A program made the translations under genes and the position numbers. The notes below the pieces were generated by a model. It worked only from the letters and a program-made list of their open reading frames with translations. It was not told the origin of the DNA and did not search any database. Below are positions 21,058-31,394 of a DNA stretch of 64,000 bases, in pieces. Origin of the DNA: Desulfosudaceae bacterium (GTDB taxonomy: Bacteria > Desulfobacterota > Desulfobacteria > Desulfobacterales > Desulfosudaceae); assembly GCA_963674745.2 (NCBI GenBank), contig CAXXDV010000001.1:1312001-1376000 (forward strand), read 5' to 3'. The first letter of the stretch is position 1, and each line of letters opens with the position of its first letter.

Positions 21058-22635
21058 ATGAAAAGATTATTATTGGTAACTTTGGTGGCGTCTCTGGCTC
21101 TGGCGCTGACGGTGCCCGCTCTGGCGCTGGATGTCGATTTTTCCGGAGAATACCGGATCCGGGGGTTTTATAACGATAACCCCACCATGCAGGATGACGG
21201 TGATAAAGACTCCGCCTCCTGGCTGGATCATCGTTTCCGTTTAAAAACAAAATTCTCACTTAACGACAACCTTTCGTTGACGACCCGTCTGGACGCATTT
21301 GACGATCAGCCGTTTGGTAATGAACAGAATCTGTTTGACGGCTACAACCAGGATGACAACAACGACATTGACGTGGATGAGATCTATCTGGAGGTTTTGA
21401 CGCCTGTGGGGCTGTTCAAGGGCGGTCGCATTGCCGGCGGCAGCGCCTGGGGTACAGATCTGGGCAATACCGGTGTTGACTACAGCTTTGACCGACTCGA
21501 ATATTTCGCCAAGTCCGGGGACCTGATTTTCGGCGCGATTTATGAAAAACTGACCGAAGACAACACCCTTGGCGAAGTCGACAATGAAGGCGATGGTGAT
21601 ACCTACTACCTGCTGGGTGTTTACAAGGAAGAGAACCTGGAAGCCGGTGTCGGTCTCCGTTTTCAGGACATTGATGAAGTTGCGGACCTGGTGGACAGCC
21701 TGCCTTTAAAGGAAGTGGTTGATATTTTCTCGGCCGCCGGTACGGATATCACGGCCCTTGCCACTTCTCCTCTGGTGGGTTATGCCCCCGGTACCTATTA
21801 CTTGGATCTTCGGCAAAGTGTTCCCGCCGCATCACCCCTGGGCGCCACCCTGGCCGCGGCCGGTGCCGTGCCGCCGGGCACGACCATTCCGGCCAACCCG
21901 TTTCCTGCCGCCATCGCTAGTATTTATTACGGCTACGCAGGCGTCACGAACTATGCTTTTGCGCCCTACGTAAAAGCCTCTTTCGGTGATGTCCGCTTCG
22001 AAGCGGAGGTGATTTATGAAATGGGTGAATACCGGGCCCAAAACAGAGGCATTACGTTTATTGATGCCAACATGCAGCCGGTGAATGCCGGTGATCGCGA
22101 TATCGACTCCCTGACCTACAAGCTGGAAGTGGCCTTTGATATGGATGATTCCTGCTTTAAACTGGGCTGGGCCTCGGCTTCCGGTCAGGATTACGGCGAA
22201 CTCCTGAAACCGGATGGAGACCTGACCATCGGTAACTTGCTGTATCATGGATTGGGTGACGATTTCAGGCCGCTGCTGATCCTGACCGGCGATGTGGCCG
22301 GGCAACCGCTTACCAACGGCTACACCACCCTGCTTTCGGGTGTTGACCTGCTGTATGCCGGCGCTTCTTTTCCGCTGAACGACACCCTGACCCTCAGGGG
22401 TGCCATCGGTCAGGCCTGGGCAAATGAAGACGATTACTCCGGTGGCGAGGATGATTTTGGTTTTGAAATCGATCTGGGCCTTACCTGGGAGATCATGGAC
22501 AACCTGACCTATAAGGCGGATATCGGCTACCTGGACGAGGGGGATGAAGTCCTGTCCGGCACCACCCTGCTTTCACAAGCGGGTGACGGTGATGCCACTT
22601 ACGCCCTATACAATGAAGTCTGCCTGAATTTCTAA
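21058..22635 (+). CDS. Outer-membrane beta-barrel porin
   Basis: Signal peptide (PALA/LD), acidic, alternating beta-strand pattern, C-terminal Phe; followed by a strong terminator. Confidence 0.8.
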   Translation: MKRLLLVTLVASLALALTVPALALDVDFSGEYRIRGFYNDNPTMQDDGDKDSASWLDHRFRLKTKFSLNDNLSLTTRLDAFDDQPFGNEQNLFDGYNQDDNNDIDVDEIYLEVLTPVGLFKGGRIAGGSAWGTDLGNTGVDYSFDRLEYFAKSGDLIFGAIYEKLTEDNTLGEVDNEGDGDTYYLLGVYKEENLEAGVGLRFQDIDEVADLVDSLPLKEVVDIFSAAGTDITALATSPLVGYAPGTYYLDLRQSVPAASPLGATLAAAGAVPPGTTIPANPFPAAIASIYYGYAGVTNYAFAPYVKASFGDVRFEAEVIYEMGEYRAQNRGITFIDANMQPVNAGDRDIDSLTYKLEVAFDMDDSCFKLGWASASGQDYGELLKPDGDLTIGNLLYHGLGDDFRPLLILTGDVAGQPLTNGYTTLLSGVDLLYAGASFPLNDTLTLRGAIGQAWANEDDYSGGEDDFGFEIDLGLTWEIMDNLTYKADIGYLDEGDEVLSGTTLLSQAGDGDATYALYNEVCLNF

Positions 22636-22676
22636 AACAGGTATCGGCCGTTTTTTAATGGCGCTTATTTTTATCA

Positions 22677-22708
22677 AAAGCCCCCGGTGTTAACCGGGGG
22701 CTTTTTTT
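22677..22708 (+). terminator. Rho-independent terminator
   Basis: AAAAGCCCCCGG-TGTTAA-CCGGGGGCTTTTTTT. Confidence 0.9.
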
Positions 22709-22805
22709 CTGGATGATGGGTTCAATGATTCATGTTGACAGCGAAAAGCCGCCTGCTGTATATTGCCAAAAACCATTAAATACCAGCATAGAAAAAGAGG
22801 GTGTA

Positions 22806-23315
22806 ATGATAAGATTAAGTACCAGGATGACCGTAAAGGTCGGTTTCTGCTGCCTGTTGATGAGCTGCCTGTTGATGCCACGGTATGGGTTCAGTCAAGA
22901 GAAAAAAGCTTCTGTGAGCCGGGAAGAGAGAGCCCATATTAATTATGTATTAACGCTTGAGACGGAAAAAGAAATCAGGACTTTTTTATCACAGCCGGTG
23001 GCGTTGCTTACCGAGAAAATTCTGAAGGACATAGAAAAGGAAAAAGAAATCCAGCTGGTACGCTCATCTATGGTCAAAACAGACGCCTGTCTTCATGAGC
23101 TGTTGACCGGGATCGCCAACCTGACAAAAATGTCATGCGGCCACAAAATCAGTCAGGTTAATATAAAACTGACCGCCTCAACCAGCCGCGCTACCATTTG
23201 GACTTCATGGGAGGTTCGCAAGCTGGAAACCCCGGCACTTACCCTGACCCTGTATTATGATGACCCTGATGTTGCGCCGTCTGAGATTACTTGTATGGGC
23301 CATAAATATCACTGA
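22806..23315 (+). CDS. Hypothetical exported protein
   Basis: ORF 22713..23315; likely start near 22806 (GAGG RBS), hydrophobic signal-like segment; start uncertain. Confidence 0.55.
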   Translation: MIRLSTRMTVKVGFCCLLMSCLLMPRYGFSQEKKASVSREERAHINYVLTLETEKEIRTFLSQPVALLTEKILKDIEKEKEIQLVRSSMVKTDACLHELLTGIANLTKMSCGHKISQVNIKLTASTSRATIWTSWEVRKLETPALTLTLYYDDPDVAPSEITCMGHKYH

Positions 23316-24094
23316 TGGGCACCCCGACGTCTTCCCGCCAGTAACGCTGCGCCAAAGGCGCTGACGATCTGGGCGTCAAGCGGCAGCGGCCTTATTTCTG
23401 AACCCAGGTTTTGTTTGATAAAATGTATCACGCCCGGGTTTTTCGCCACCCCACCGACGACGGTCGCAGGGGGCTCAAAGCCTGTCTTGCCGGCCAGAGA
23501 GAGTACCCGCTCGGCAATGGCGCGATGAAGACCGGCCAGAATATCCGCGGCCGGTTCATCGGCATTCACGTGAGAAATGACTTCACTTTCAGCAAATACC
23601 ACGCATTGGCCGGAAAGCTTCAGCGGTCGTGTGGAGGTCATGGAAACAGGGCCGATCTCTTCAACCGGAAGTTCCAGCGCGTCGGCAATCATTTCAAGGA
23701 ACCGGCCGCTGCCGGAAGCACATTTTTCATTTTCAACGTAATCGGCCACCCCGCCGTTTTCATCGATCAGCACCACCCGTGTAATCAGCCCGCCGACGTC
23801 CATCACCGTCCGCATGTCCGTGTCCAGAAAAAAGGCGGCTGAAGCGAGGCATTGCGGAGCGGTAAAACGGCAGTCGGCGAACTTGACCTGCCGCTGGCCG
23901 TAACCGGTCGCCCCGACACGGCTGACCTGTCGTTGTCGTATACCGGCCTGTTTCAAGGTGGATTTGAAGCGTTTTTTGCTTAATCGGGAAAGCACGTCAT
24001 CAACAGGGTGGGTGGAAAACGCCACCAGGCGGTCATCGTCAAGGATAACCACCTTGGCCGTTCTCGTACCGATATCGATTCCTGCTGTAATCAT
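23309..24094 (-). CDS. Acyl-CoA dehydratase activase (BadF/BadG/BcrA/BcrD ASKHA ATPase)
   Basis: AGIDIG, ATGYG, NEKCASGSGRFLE, CVVFAESEV. Confidence 0.9.
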   Translation of the reverse strand: MITAGIDIGTRTAKVVILDDDRLVAFSTHPVDDVLSRLSKKRFKSTLKQAGIRQRQVSRVGATGYGQRQVKFADCRFTAPQCLASAAFFLDTDMRTVMDVGGLITRVVLIDENGGVADYVENEKCASGSGRFLEMIADALELPVEEIGPVSMTSTRPLKLSGQCVVFAESEVISHVNADEPAADILAGLHRAIAERVLSLAGKTGFEPPATVVGGVAKNPGVIHFIKQNLGSEIRPLPLDAQIVSAFGAALLAGRRRGAHQ

Positions 24095-24906
24095 AGGTCA
24101 CGGGCCTTTTTCGCCCACCAGGCGTCTTTCGCGAACAGGGCTGCGCCCAGCGCACCGATTAATTGGGGATCCAGCGAAAAGGCGGAAAAACAAACACCCA
24201 GTTCCTGTTCCAGCAGCCTGACCATGCCCGTGTTTTTGGATACACCGCCGGTCATGCAGATGTCACCGTTAAGCCCCACGCGACCGACCAGCGCCTTGAT
24301 CCGCCTGGCCAGGGCGGCGTGGATGCCGGCCGCGATATCTTTTTTTTTCTTTCCGGCATAAATTAATTGCAGAACTTCCATTTCAGCAAAGATGGTGCAG
24401 ATGGAACTCAGCGCCAGGGGCTTTTTTGACTTTAAGGCCAGGGCACCCAGTTCCGTCAATTCCACGCCCAGGGTGCGGGCCATCATTTCCAGAAACCGGC
24501 CGGTGCCGGCGGCGCATTTGTCGTTCATGATAAAATCATGCAAATGGCCGTCGATATCCACCCGAATCACCTTGCAGTCCTGACCGCCGATATCAATAAT
24601 CGTCCTGACCGCCGGCAGCAGGTGATGCGCACCGCGACCATGGCAGGAGATTTCGCTGATGTTTTTAGCGGAAAAAGAAATCGCGTCCCGCCCGTAACCG
24701 GTGGAAAAGCAAAGATCGATCTGGTCACGACCCAGACCGGATTCGGCCAGAACCCGGTCAAACGCCTCTGCGGCCGACTGTTCCGGCCGCGGCCGGACGC
24801 GGATGATGGTGGCCGCCAGGGTGTTGCCCGAATCGTCGATTATCAGCGCTTCGGCCGTCAGTGAACCCACATCCACCCCGGCGAAACGCGGCTGGTCCTT
24901 GATCAT
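24091..24906 (-). CDS. Acyl-CoA dehydratase activase (HgdC-like)
   Basis: GVDVGS, STGYGR, EISCHGRGA, DIGGQD, NDKCAAGTGRFLE, CTIFAE. Confidence 0.93.
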   Translation of the reverse strand: MIKDQPRFAGVDVGSLTAEALIIDDSGNTLAATIIRVRPRPEQSAAEAFDRVLAESGLGRDQIDLCFSTGYGRDAISFSAKNISEISCHGRGAHHLLPAVRTIIDIGGQDCKVIRVDIDGHLHDFIMNDKCAAGTGRFLEMMARTLGVELTELGALALKSKKPLALSSICTIFAEMEVLQLIYAGKKKKDIAAGIHAALARRIKALVGRVGLNGDICMTGGVSKNTGMVRLLEQELGVCFSAFSLDPQLIGALGAALFAKDAWWAKKARDL

Positions 24907-24921
24907 AACTAAAAAACCGCT

Positions 24922-26080
24922 TCAAAAAGGCTGCAGGCGTTCGAGAAAAGCCTGCACCCTGGTCTTCAACTGTCCCTCACTGCCGGCATAGAGCTCCCTT
25001 TCCAGGTACAGGGTTGGCAGGTTGATTTTTTTGGCTTCATTACGCAGAATAAACGCCTCACCACCCCACAGGTCACAGAATTTGAGCCGTTCGCAGATCA
25101 GACCGTCCAGCCGATAGTCGGTCGCTGCCTGCCGGGTATGGGCGAGTCGCTGCCTGCCGGGTATGGGCGAGTCGGCGCAAAAAATCATCCCCCATCCGGG
25201 GGCAGGAAAGATGGTTCAGGTAGCGATCGGTCAGGGCGTCGATGGGGTCGTCCGCTGTTTCGTCAACCAGGGCGTCAAAGTATCTTCGTCCGAAACACAG
25301 GGAGTCATCAACAATGGCCCCGCCCATACTTTCGATCAGTTCCAGGTGAGCCACCTCTTCTAAGCATCCGGACTGAATCATCAGACGCGGTTGTTTGTCC
25401 GGGTAGGCTTTTCGCCCGTCCAGCTCGACAACCACCTCCTCGAGCATGTCTGCGAACGTCTCCCGCGGCAGGGCCGTTCCCGCCATAATGATGGCCAGGG
25501 CCTCGGCCCCGGTCAATGGCGGATTTTCGGATTTTCGGGTGTCGTAAATTTCGGCCAGCAGCCGTCGAATGCGGTTGGTCAGGCGGATCGCCTCACGAAG
25601 GTCGTCATTGGTGATGGTAATGTCAAAATGGTTTTCCAGAGTCGTTTTTAAAAGCGAATTTTCTTCCCGGTACCATTCGATTGCGTTCTGGGCTTTTTTA
25701 CGCGGGACGGCCAGCAGATGGATCAAGGACGGTCGGTCCTCCAGGGCCGCCCGCCAGTTGTCATACATGCGCCGGATATGATCGCAGGCGTTTATCAGAA
25801 TAACACCGTCGAGAAAATCAAACGAGCCTTCCAGGGCCAGATCGAAAACATGCCGGGTATAGGAACAATTGAAGCTGGAAAACCAGGTGTCTCCCAGGGT
25901 GGTCTTGGTGGAACCCACCGCCCGCATGCGAAACGGCACCATGCCGGCGGCGATAATGATTTCCTCGGGAACGTAGGAACAGAAGATGCCGATAACGTTT
26001 CCGCCGGAAGCCTTAAAAGATTTGAGATGGTCATTGTAAGGCGTGGCGGCTATTTTTTTCAGTTCGTCCAAAACAGGCAT
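24922..26080 (-). pseudogene. 2-hydroxyacyl-CoA dehydratase subunit, frameshifted by a 25-bp tandem duplication
   Basis: ORFs 25073..26080 and 24922..25188 join into one 377-aa reading frame if one copy of 25121-25145/25146-25170 is removed; C-terminal KFCDLWG...QLKTRVQAFLE motifs. Confidence 0.85.
25121..25174. repeat. Exact 25-bp tandem duplication
   Basis: GTCGCTGCCTGCCGGGTATGGGCGA x2 followed by GTCG. Confidence 0.95.
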
Positions 26081-26081
26081 G

Positions 26082-27563
26082 TCAGGCCAGTCCGTTGGTT
26101 AAGAAAAATTCTTCAATCTGCGCTTTTAACTGGTTTTCGTTGGTCAGGCGCATGTCAAAAATGTCCGATGTCAGCACCAGCAGAGGCATGTTGATCTGTT
26201 TCATTTCTTCTTTGAGCAGCCGGACGCTGGCCCAGCCGTGTTTGCAGCCGGCATGTCCGGCATAAATAAAGCAGTCACCGTTATATTCCCGGCAGACGCG
26301 TTTAAGATCTCGATGGAACAACTCAAGCGGCCCGTGAAACTGCCGGGCCATGGTCAGGTTCATATAAGATGCCGCCAGTCCCCGCACCATGGATTCCGGC
26401 GTACGGGTATCAATGGGCGGGGTATCAACATACCCGACCAGATCGACCACCACCACCGCGCCAAAGACTTCTTCCATCCAGGCAATCAAAGGATGAAAAG
26501 CAATGGGTACGTCAAACCAGATGACCCGGATTTTTTCTTTTTTAAGAGCGCCTTTTCCCGCATCTACCCGCTTGCGGGTGGCACGGTGCAGACGTCGGGC
26601 CACTTCTGTTACTTCCGGCGTTCCCCGGCCACCTTCCCGTAACAGCCAGGTCAGCAGAAAAACAAAACCCGAACTCGGACAGGGCGTCAGGCGGTTCATT
26701 TCATTTATTTCGGTCAGCAGCTCGTTGGTTTTGTTGACCTCTTCCAGTATTTCCCGCAGGCGGTCGAAATCAAGTTTTCGGTTCAGCTGCGTCTCCAGAA
26801 AACCAATCAGTTCCCACACATCCCGGGCGTAATAATCCACGGACCGCTGGTCATCCCAGTAAGGCGTGTCCAGCCGGAAAGTGGGTACGCCGGTCAGGTA
26901 TTCCATGGTTTGATAAGATGAGATCATGCTGTCACAGGGATGGGAAACCGTAACCATGCAGTCGGGTTTGGGATATTGATCGGTCAGAACGCAGCCGACG
27001 GAACTGCGTGCCGCCGAGCAATACTCCGACGGCACACCGGCCTGCTCGGCAATGTCGATCAACCTTTCGACGGGTTCCAGCCCGATCATCATGATCGGAG
27101 CGGCCACCAGGGTTTCGGGAATAATCGGTATGGCGTCAAAAGCGAAAATAAGGTCCGAGGACAGGCACCACTCCAGCCAGACAACGGGCTTGTTTGATTG
27201 TTCGCGGTTAATCACCGACTCTTCCAGAATTTTTTTGAACACTGCCTGGCCCGGCAGCATGGCGTACCAGAATTCCGGGGTCATGGAGTAGCTGGACATG
27301 ATCATGATCTGGTTGCGTTGAAAATAAGTAAACAGCCCCTCATAACGCAGCAGGGGTTTGAGCATTTTCATAAAATTCCGGAAAAATCTTAAGCGCCGTA
27401 ATGTCCGTTGTTCGTTGCATGACCCGTCGGATTTAATACCCAGGAGCTTGTCGACGGTTACCATCCGGTCATACAGCTCTTGCATGTAATGTAACGGCGG
27501 CAGGTCAGCGGTCGACAGATTATCGTCGGCGTGAATTTTCTGCGCGGTAGAGGGCGTTGCCAT
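26082..27563 (-). CDS. 2-hydroxyacyl-CoA dehydratase/BcrB-like subunit with N-terminal extension
   Basis: EYCSA, HPCDS, HAGCKH Fe-S cysteines; IEEFF C-terminus. Confidence 0.85.
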   Translation of the reverse strand: MATPSTAQKIHADDNLSTADLPPLHYMQELYDRMVTVDKLLGIKSDGSCNEQRTLRRLRFFRNFMKMLKPLLRYEGLFTYFQRNQIMIMSSYSMTPEFWYAMLPGQAVFKKILEESVINREQSNKPVVWLEWCLSSDLIFAFDAIPIIPETLVAAPIMMIGLEPVERLIDIAEQAGVPSEYCSAARSSVGCVLTDQYPKPDCMVTVSHPCDSMISSYQTMEYLTGVPTFRLDTPYWDDQRSVDYYARDVWELIGFLETQLNRKLDFDRLREILEEVNKTNELLTEINEMNRLTPCPSSGFVFLLTWLLREGGRGTPEVTEVARRLHRATRKRVDAGKGALKKEKIRVIWFDVPIAFHPLIAWMEEVFGAVVVVDLVGYVDTPPIDTRTPESMVRGLAASYMNLTMARQFHGPLELFHRDLKRVCREYNGDCFIYAGHAGCKHGWASVRLLKEEMKQINMPLLVLTSDIFDMRLTNENQLKAQIEEFFLTNGLA

Positions 27564-27578
27564 GATGCTTTCCGACAG

Positions 27579-28868
27579 CTAAAGGGTTTTGGCCAGATGT
27601 TTTGCCATGGCAATAATGGTCAGCGTCGGCGGTCGTCCCGGAGATCGGGGAAACACGGACGCGTCGCAGACAAACAGGTTTTTGGCCCCGAAAGCCTCCA
27701 GGTTGTTGTCCACCACCCGGCCGATGGCGGCGGTGCCGCCGGGATGTCCACCGACATTGTGGTCCACAATAAACGTATTCGGATCAGCCCCGGCCTGGAC
27801 CAGGATCTTTTTGCAGGCTTCCGTACCTTTGTTAAACCGGTCTTCGTCTTCGGGCAGATAGGGTTTGGTGATGCGTTCATTGACGCTGATGCTGCCACCG
27901 GGCGAATCCCCTATTTTGGTGAACATGCCCATGACCCGGGGAAGCTTGTTGCCAAACGCGATGGTACCACCGGATTTGGCCAGTCGCAGCACCTTGTTGC
28001 CGAATACCGGTAGGGCGCCGATGGTGCCGACCAGAAAACCGTCGGTTTCCACGAATTGTTCCGTAGCATAGCAGAAGGTCATTTCATTTTTAGGGCCCAG
28101 GTCTTTTCCAATGGCGTAAACCACGTTCATGGGATCGATAAAAAAGCCCTCTCCCGCATTTTTAATGCCGGAACGCAGGAGAATGGCCGGTGTTCCGATA
28201 CCGCCGGCGGAAATAACGACCTTGTTGGCCCGGATTTCATCCGCGTCGGGTGATTTAATGATAACCCCGGTGGCATTTCCGTTTTCGATGATGACTTTTT
28301 TTACGGTGGAACCGGTAAACACCCTGGCGCCGTTTGCTTCGGCTTCTTTAACATAGTTTCGGGCCGTCCATTTGGCCTCACGCCGGCAGCCGAGCATGCA
28401 GTCATCGCAAGAGGGGTCACACTTTCCGGGATCAACGAATTTCTGCTGGGGCTCAAGGTCTATGCCGACTTCTCCGGCCGCTTTTACCAGCCGTTGGGTG
28501 CAGGGCCACCGCCTGGTGAAATCATCGGGCAGGGGGGCGATGTTGAGCTCTTCTTTGGTCTGACGGGTTTCTTCGGAAATGTCTATGCCCAGTTCCGTAT
28601 TCAGCCATTGCGGCGGATCATAAGCATTGCCGTTGAACACCACCGACGAGCCGCCCACGGTAATTCCCCGTGCCATCAGCCCGCCGCCCTTGGGTCGGAC
28701 CAGTTTGTTGATGGTTACCAGTGAGGCGTATCGGCCCACCGCCCATTGGTTCCAGGTGCCGCGCTCCAGTAGAACGACTTCCCGGCCCTGTCTGGCCAGT
28801 TCTCTGGCGACGGTAGCGCCTCCTGGTCCGGAACCGGCAACAACTACATCTGTTTCAATGCGTGCCAT
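27579..28868 (-). CDS. GMC family FAD oxidoreductase
   Basis: GSGPGG, GITVGGSS, CDPSCDDCMLGC, HPGGT, DASVFP, PPTLTI. Confidence 0.88.
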   Translation of the reverse strand: MARIETDVVVAGSGPGGATVARELARQGREVVLLERGTWNQWAVGRYASLVTINKLVRPKGGGLMARGITVGGSSVVFNGNAYDPPQWLNTELGIDISEETRQTKEELNIAPLPDDFTRRWPCTQRLVKAAGEVGIDLEPQQKFVDPGKCDPSCDDCMLGCRREAKWTARNYVKEAEANGARVFTGSTVKKVIIENGNATGVIIKSPDADEIRANKVVISAGGIGTPAILLRSGIKNAGEGFFIDPMNVVYAIGKDLGPKNEMTFCYATEQFVETDGFLVGTIGALPVFGNKVLRLAKSGGTIAFGNKLPRVMGMFTKIGDSPGGSISVNERITKPYLPEDEDRFNKGTEACKKILVQAGADPNTFIVDHNVGGHPGGTAAIGRVVDNNLEAFGAKNLFVCDASVFPRSPGRPPTLTIIAMAKHLAKTL

Positions 28869-29139
28869 TATTGCCCCCTGCTAAAAGAACGGTTGTAAAG
28901 CGAAAACTGCCTTGGGAAGCTATGTCGTTTGCAAACAAATTATTATCCTTAAAGAAAAATATGTCAAGAGAAATTTCTACACTCGCAAAAAACGCGGGTG
29001 TTTCGCGCATCGCCCTTCCCCAAGGCGCCGCCGGCAGGCTTTTTGGGTAACGGCTTTTTCTTGCTAAAAGGTGTAAGGACTGATATTAATTAAAGATACA
29101 GGGGGATTCAAAAAGCAACTTTAAAGCAGGAGGCATGCC

Positions 29140-29439
29140 ATGCTGGCAAAAGTAATCATCAAACGACGGTTTAAGCAGCGGTATACCCATGAGGTCATCG
29201 CCCTGCTGCATGACCTGCGGGCGGCAGCCATGTCTCAACCCGGATATGTTTCCGGAGAGACCCTGTCGCAGCCCGACGATCCACTTAAACTGGTGGTTAT
29301 CGGTACCTGGCAGAACCTGGAGAGCTGGCATCAGTGGAAAAAAAGCGACCGTCGCAAAGAGTTCGATGCCATGCTGGATGTTTTGCTGGAAGAACCGACC
29401 ATTTACGAAGAGTATGTTGTCGGTGTTACGCGTCATTAA
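29140..29439 (+). CDS. Antibiotic biosynthesis monooxygenase (ABM) family protein
   Basis: QPGYVSGETL, TWQNLESWHQW; GGAGG RBS. Confidence 0.85.
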   Translation: MLAKVIIKRRFKQRYTHEVIALLHDLRAAAMSQPGYVSGETLSQPDDPLKLVVIGTWQNLESWHQWKKSDRRKEFDAMLDVLLEEPTIYEEYVVGVTRH

Positions 29440-29635
29440 TCCGGCAGTGCCACAAAAGCCCTTTTTCCCGCTATCTGCGTGATAAACAGGAGAATATCGC
29501 GCCCTGTTGACGTTTGGGCAAAAGGTATTATATTTCAGATGGTTGCCATAAAAACCAGCGTTTTTGGCATTAAATGACGGTTTTTTTAGTGTTGAACGGA
29601 TATACACCCACACACACCAGCATACAGGAGGGTAA

Positions 29636-30151
29636 GTGATGAAAGAAAAGACGAAAAAAAACGTTGAAACCGCATTTGTCGGGGAAGCCAAGGCCTACTT
29701 CAGATTACTGGCTTACGCTGAAAAAGCCGATGAGGAAGAAATCCCTCAGATGGCCCTGCTGTTCCGTGCCATTGCCGAAGCCGAGCGGGTGCATGCCACC
29801 CGGAATTTGAACCTGGTCAAGGATCTGGTGGTTAAAGATACGGATACGAACCTTGAAAAATCCTTTCAGCGGGAAAAAACGGTCAGTGAGAATATCTACC
29901 CGGATTTTATCAAGGAGGCTGAAGACGAAGGTGAAACAGCCGTTGCCCAGGTGTTCAGTTATGCCCGGGACGCGGAAACCTATCATGCCAAGCTTTACGA
30001 ACGGGCCATTTATGATGTGATCAAGGACAAGGTCAATGCTTACTATGTCTGTCAGGTCTGCGGCTACGTTACCGATAAAAAAGCACCGGAAAAATGTCCG
30101 GTTTGCGGCGCCCCTAAAGAAAAGTTCAAAGCCGTTGAAAATGGATCATAG
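29636..30151 (+). CDS. Rubrerythrin family protein
   Basis: GEAKA, AERVHA, AETYH, rubredoxin-like CQVCGY...CPVCG. Confidence 0.92.
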   Translation: MMKEKTKKNVETAFVGEAKAYFRLLAYAEKADEEEIPQMALLFRAIAEAERVHATRNLNLVKDLVVKDTDTNLEKSFQREKTVSENIYPDFIKEAEDEGETAVAQVFSYARDAETYHAKLYERAIYDVIKDKVNAYYVCQVCGYVTDKKAPEKCPVCGAPKEKFKAVENGS

Positions 30152-30890
30152 ACATCGTCCCATATTTTTTGTTCTTGTCGTTGTCGTTTTTCTGGGGTTG
30201 ACAGGATGTTCCTTTGTTGAGCGGAAGTTATTGTTTCACCCCTCTCATCATCCGCACAATAACAGCCTGACACCCTGGAACCGGGACGGTCAAACCATCG
30301 GTTACGCCAGAGCGGTTGAATCGCCGGAAAATGTCTGGTTAATGCTTCACGGAAACGCCGGCCAGGCATCAGACCGCTTGTATGCGGTACCGTGTTTTTC
30401 AGAAAAAGATGCCGTCTTCATCCTCGAATATCCCGGATATGGCGATCGAGAAGGGCGCCCTTCAATAACGGCTTTAAACCAGGCGGCCGAAAACGCTTTT
30501 CGGGGGCTTCGAAAGACCTATCCGGACACACCTGTCTGCGTGGCCGCCGAATCGATCGGGTCGGGGCCGGCCTCTTATCTGGCAAGTCTTTCCGACAAAC
30601 CGGACAAGCTCGTTCTGATCGTTCCGTTTGATAACCTTGCCCTGGTAGCAAAAGAACGGTTTCCCGGTTTTCTTGTCCGGCTGATATTAACAGACAACTG
30701 GGATAATGTGGCCTTGCTTTCAGGTTATAAGGGGCCGGTCGATGTTTTTGGTGCTAAAGCGGACACGGTTTTTCACTTGCGGCACGCCAGGGCGCTGGCG
30801 GAATCAATTCCCGGCGCAAGGCTTGTCCTGGTTGACGGCGGTCATAATGACTGGTCTTGCGCCGGCCGGGTAAAAATAAGAAATCCGTGA
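30141..30890 (+). CDS. Alpha/beta hydrolase, probable lipoprotein
   Basis: Start ATG 30141; lipobox LTGC; HGNAG, YPGYG, AESIG nucleophile elbow, GGHND. Confidence 0.8.
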   Translation: MDHRHRPIFFVLVVVVFLGLTGCSFVERKLLFHPSHHPHNNSLTPWNRDGQTIGYARAVESPENVWLMLHGNAGQASDRLYAVPCFSEKDAVFILEYPGYGDREGRPSITALNQAAENAFRGLRKTYPDTPVCVAAESIGSGPASYLASLSDKPDKLVLIVPFDNLALVAKERFPGFLVRLILTDNWDNVALLSGYKGPVDVFGAKADTVFHLRHARALAESIPGARLVLVDGGHNDWSCAGRVKIRNP

Positions 30891-30910
30891 GGATCTGCCT
30901 TTGAATATTC

Positions 30911-30938
30911 TTGACAACGAACCGGCTTGTGTTACATT
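30911..30938 (+). promoter_or_regulatory. Putative sigma70 promoter of the metal-efflux operon
   Basis: TTGACA-16 nt-TACATT with extended TG. Confidence 0.5.
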
Positions 30939-30968
30939 GTGGTACTGATAGGCTGAAAGAAAAACAGT

Positions 30969-31394
30969 ATGAAAATGTCAAAATATATATTTATCTGTAT
31001 GGTTTCGTTGTGCCTGACGGGACAGGGCGTGACTTTTTCCCGGTTATGCCTTGGCCCGGGGCATGGCCCGGGCCATTCAGACAATGAAATCGTGTGGGCC
31101 AGGCAATGTCATGCTCAGACAGAAGAGACCCGTGTTCCCGGCGCTGGACACGCGGTTTTTTTTGATCACCAGCAACACGGCTGTATTGATCTGCCCATTT
31201 TATCTACAGCCGGTTTTGGCGGAAGCTTGCGGCCGGACAATAAGCTTCAACTCACCAAACCCCTGGTTTTAGGCGCCAACACATTAGACCATCCCGGCCG
31301 GGCAAACGGTCTTACAAAACAAAAAACGGGTTTTTTCCCCGCTTTTTCTGATTTCTTTTTTTTATCCCTTGAATCAACGATTCTCATCATCTGA
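30969..31394 (+). CDS. His/Cys-containing exported protein upstream of czcC
   Basis: LCLGPGHGPGH, CH, HQQHGCIDLPI, C-terminal LESTILII; small leaders of this type often precede RND metal efflux genes. Confidence 0.65.
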   Translation: MKMSKYIFICMVSLCLTGQGVTFSRLCLGPGHGPGHSDNEIVWARQCHAQTEETRVPGAGHAVFFDHQQHGCIDLPILSTAGFGGSLRPDNKLQLTKPLVLGANTLDHPGRANGLTKQKTGFFPAFSDFFFLSLESTILII

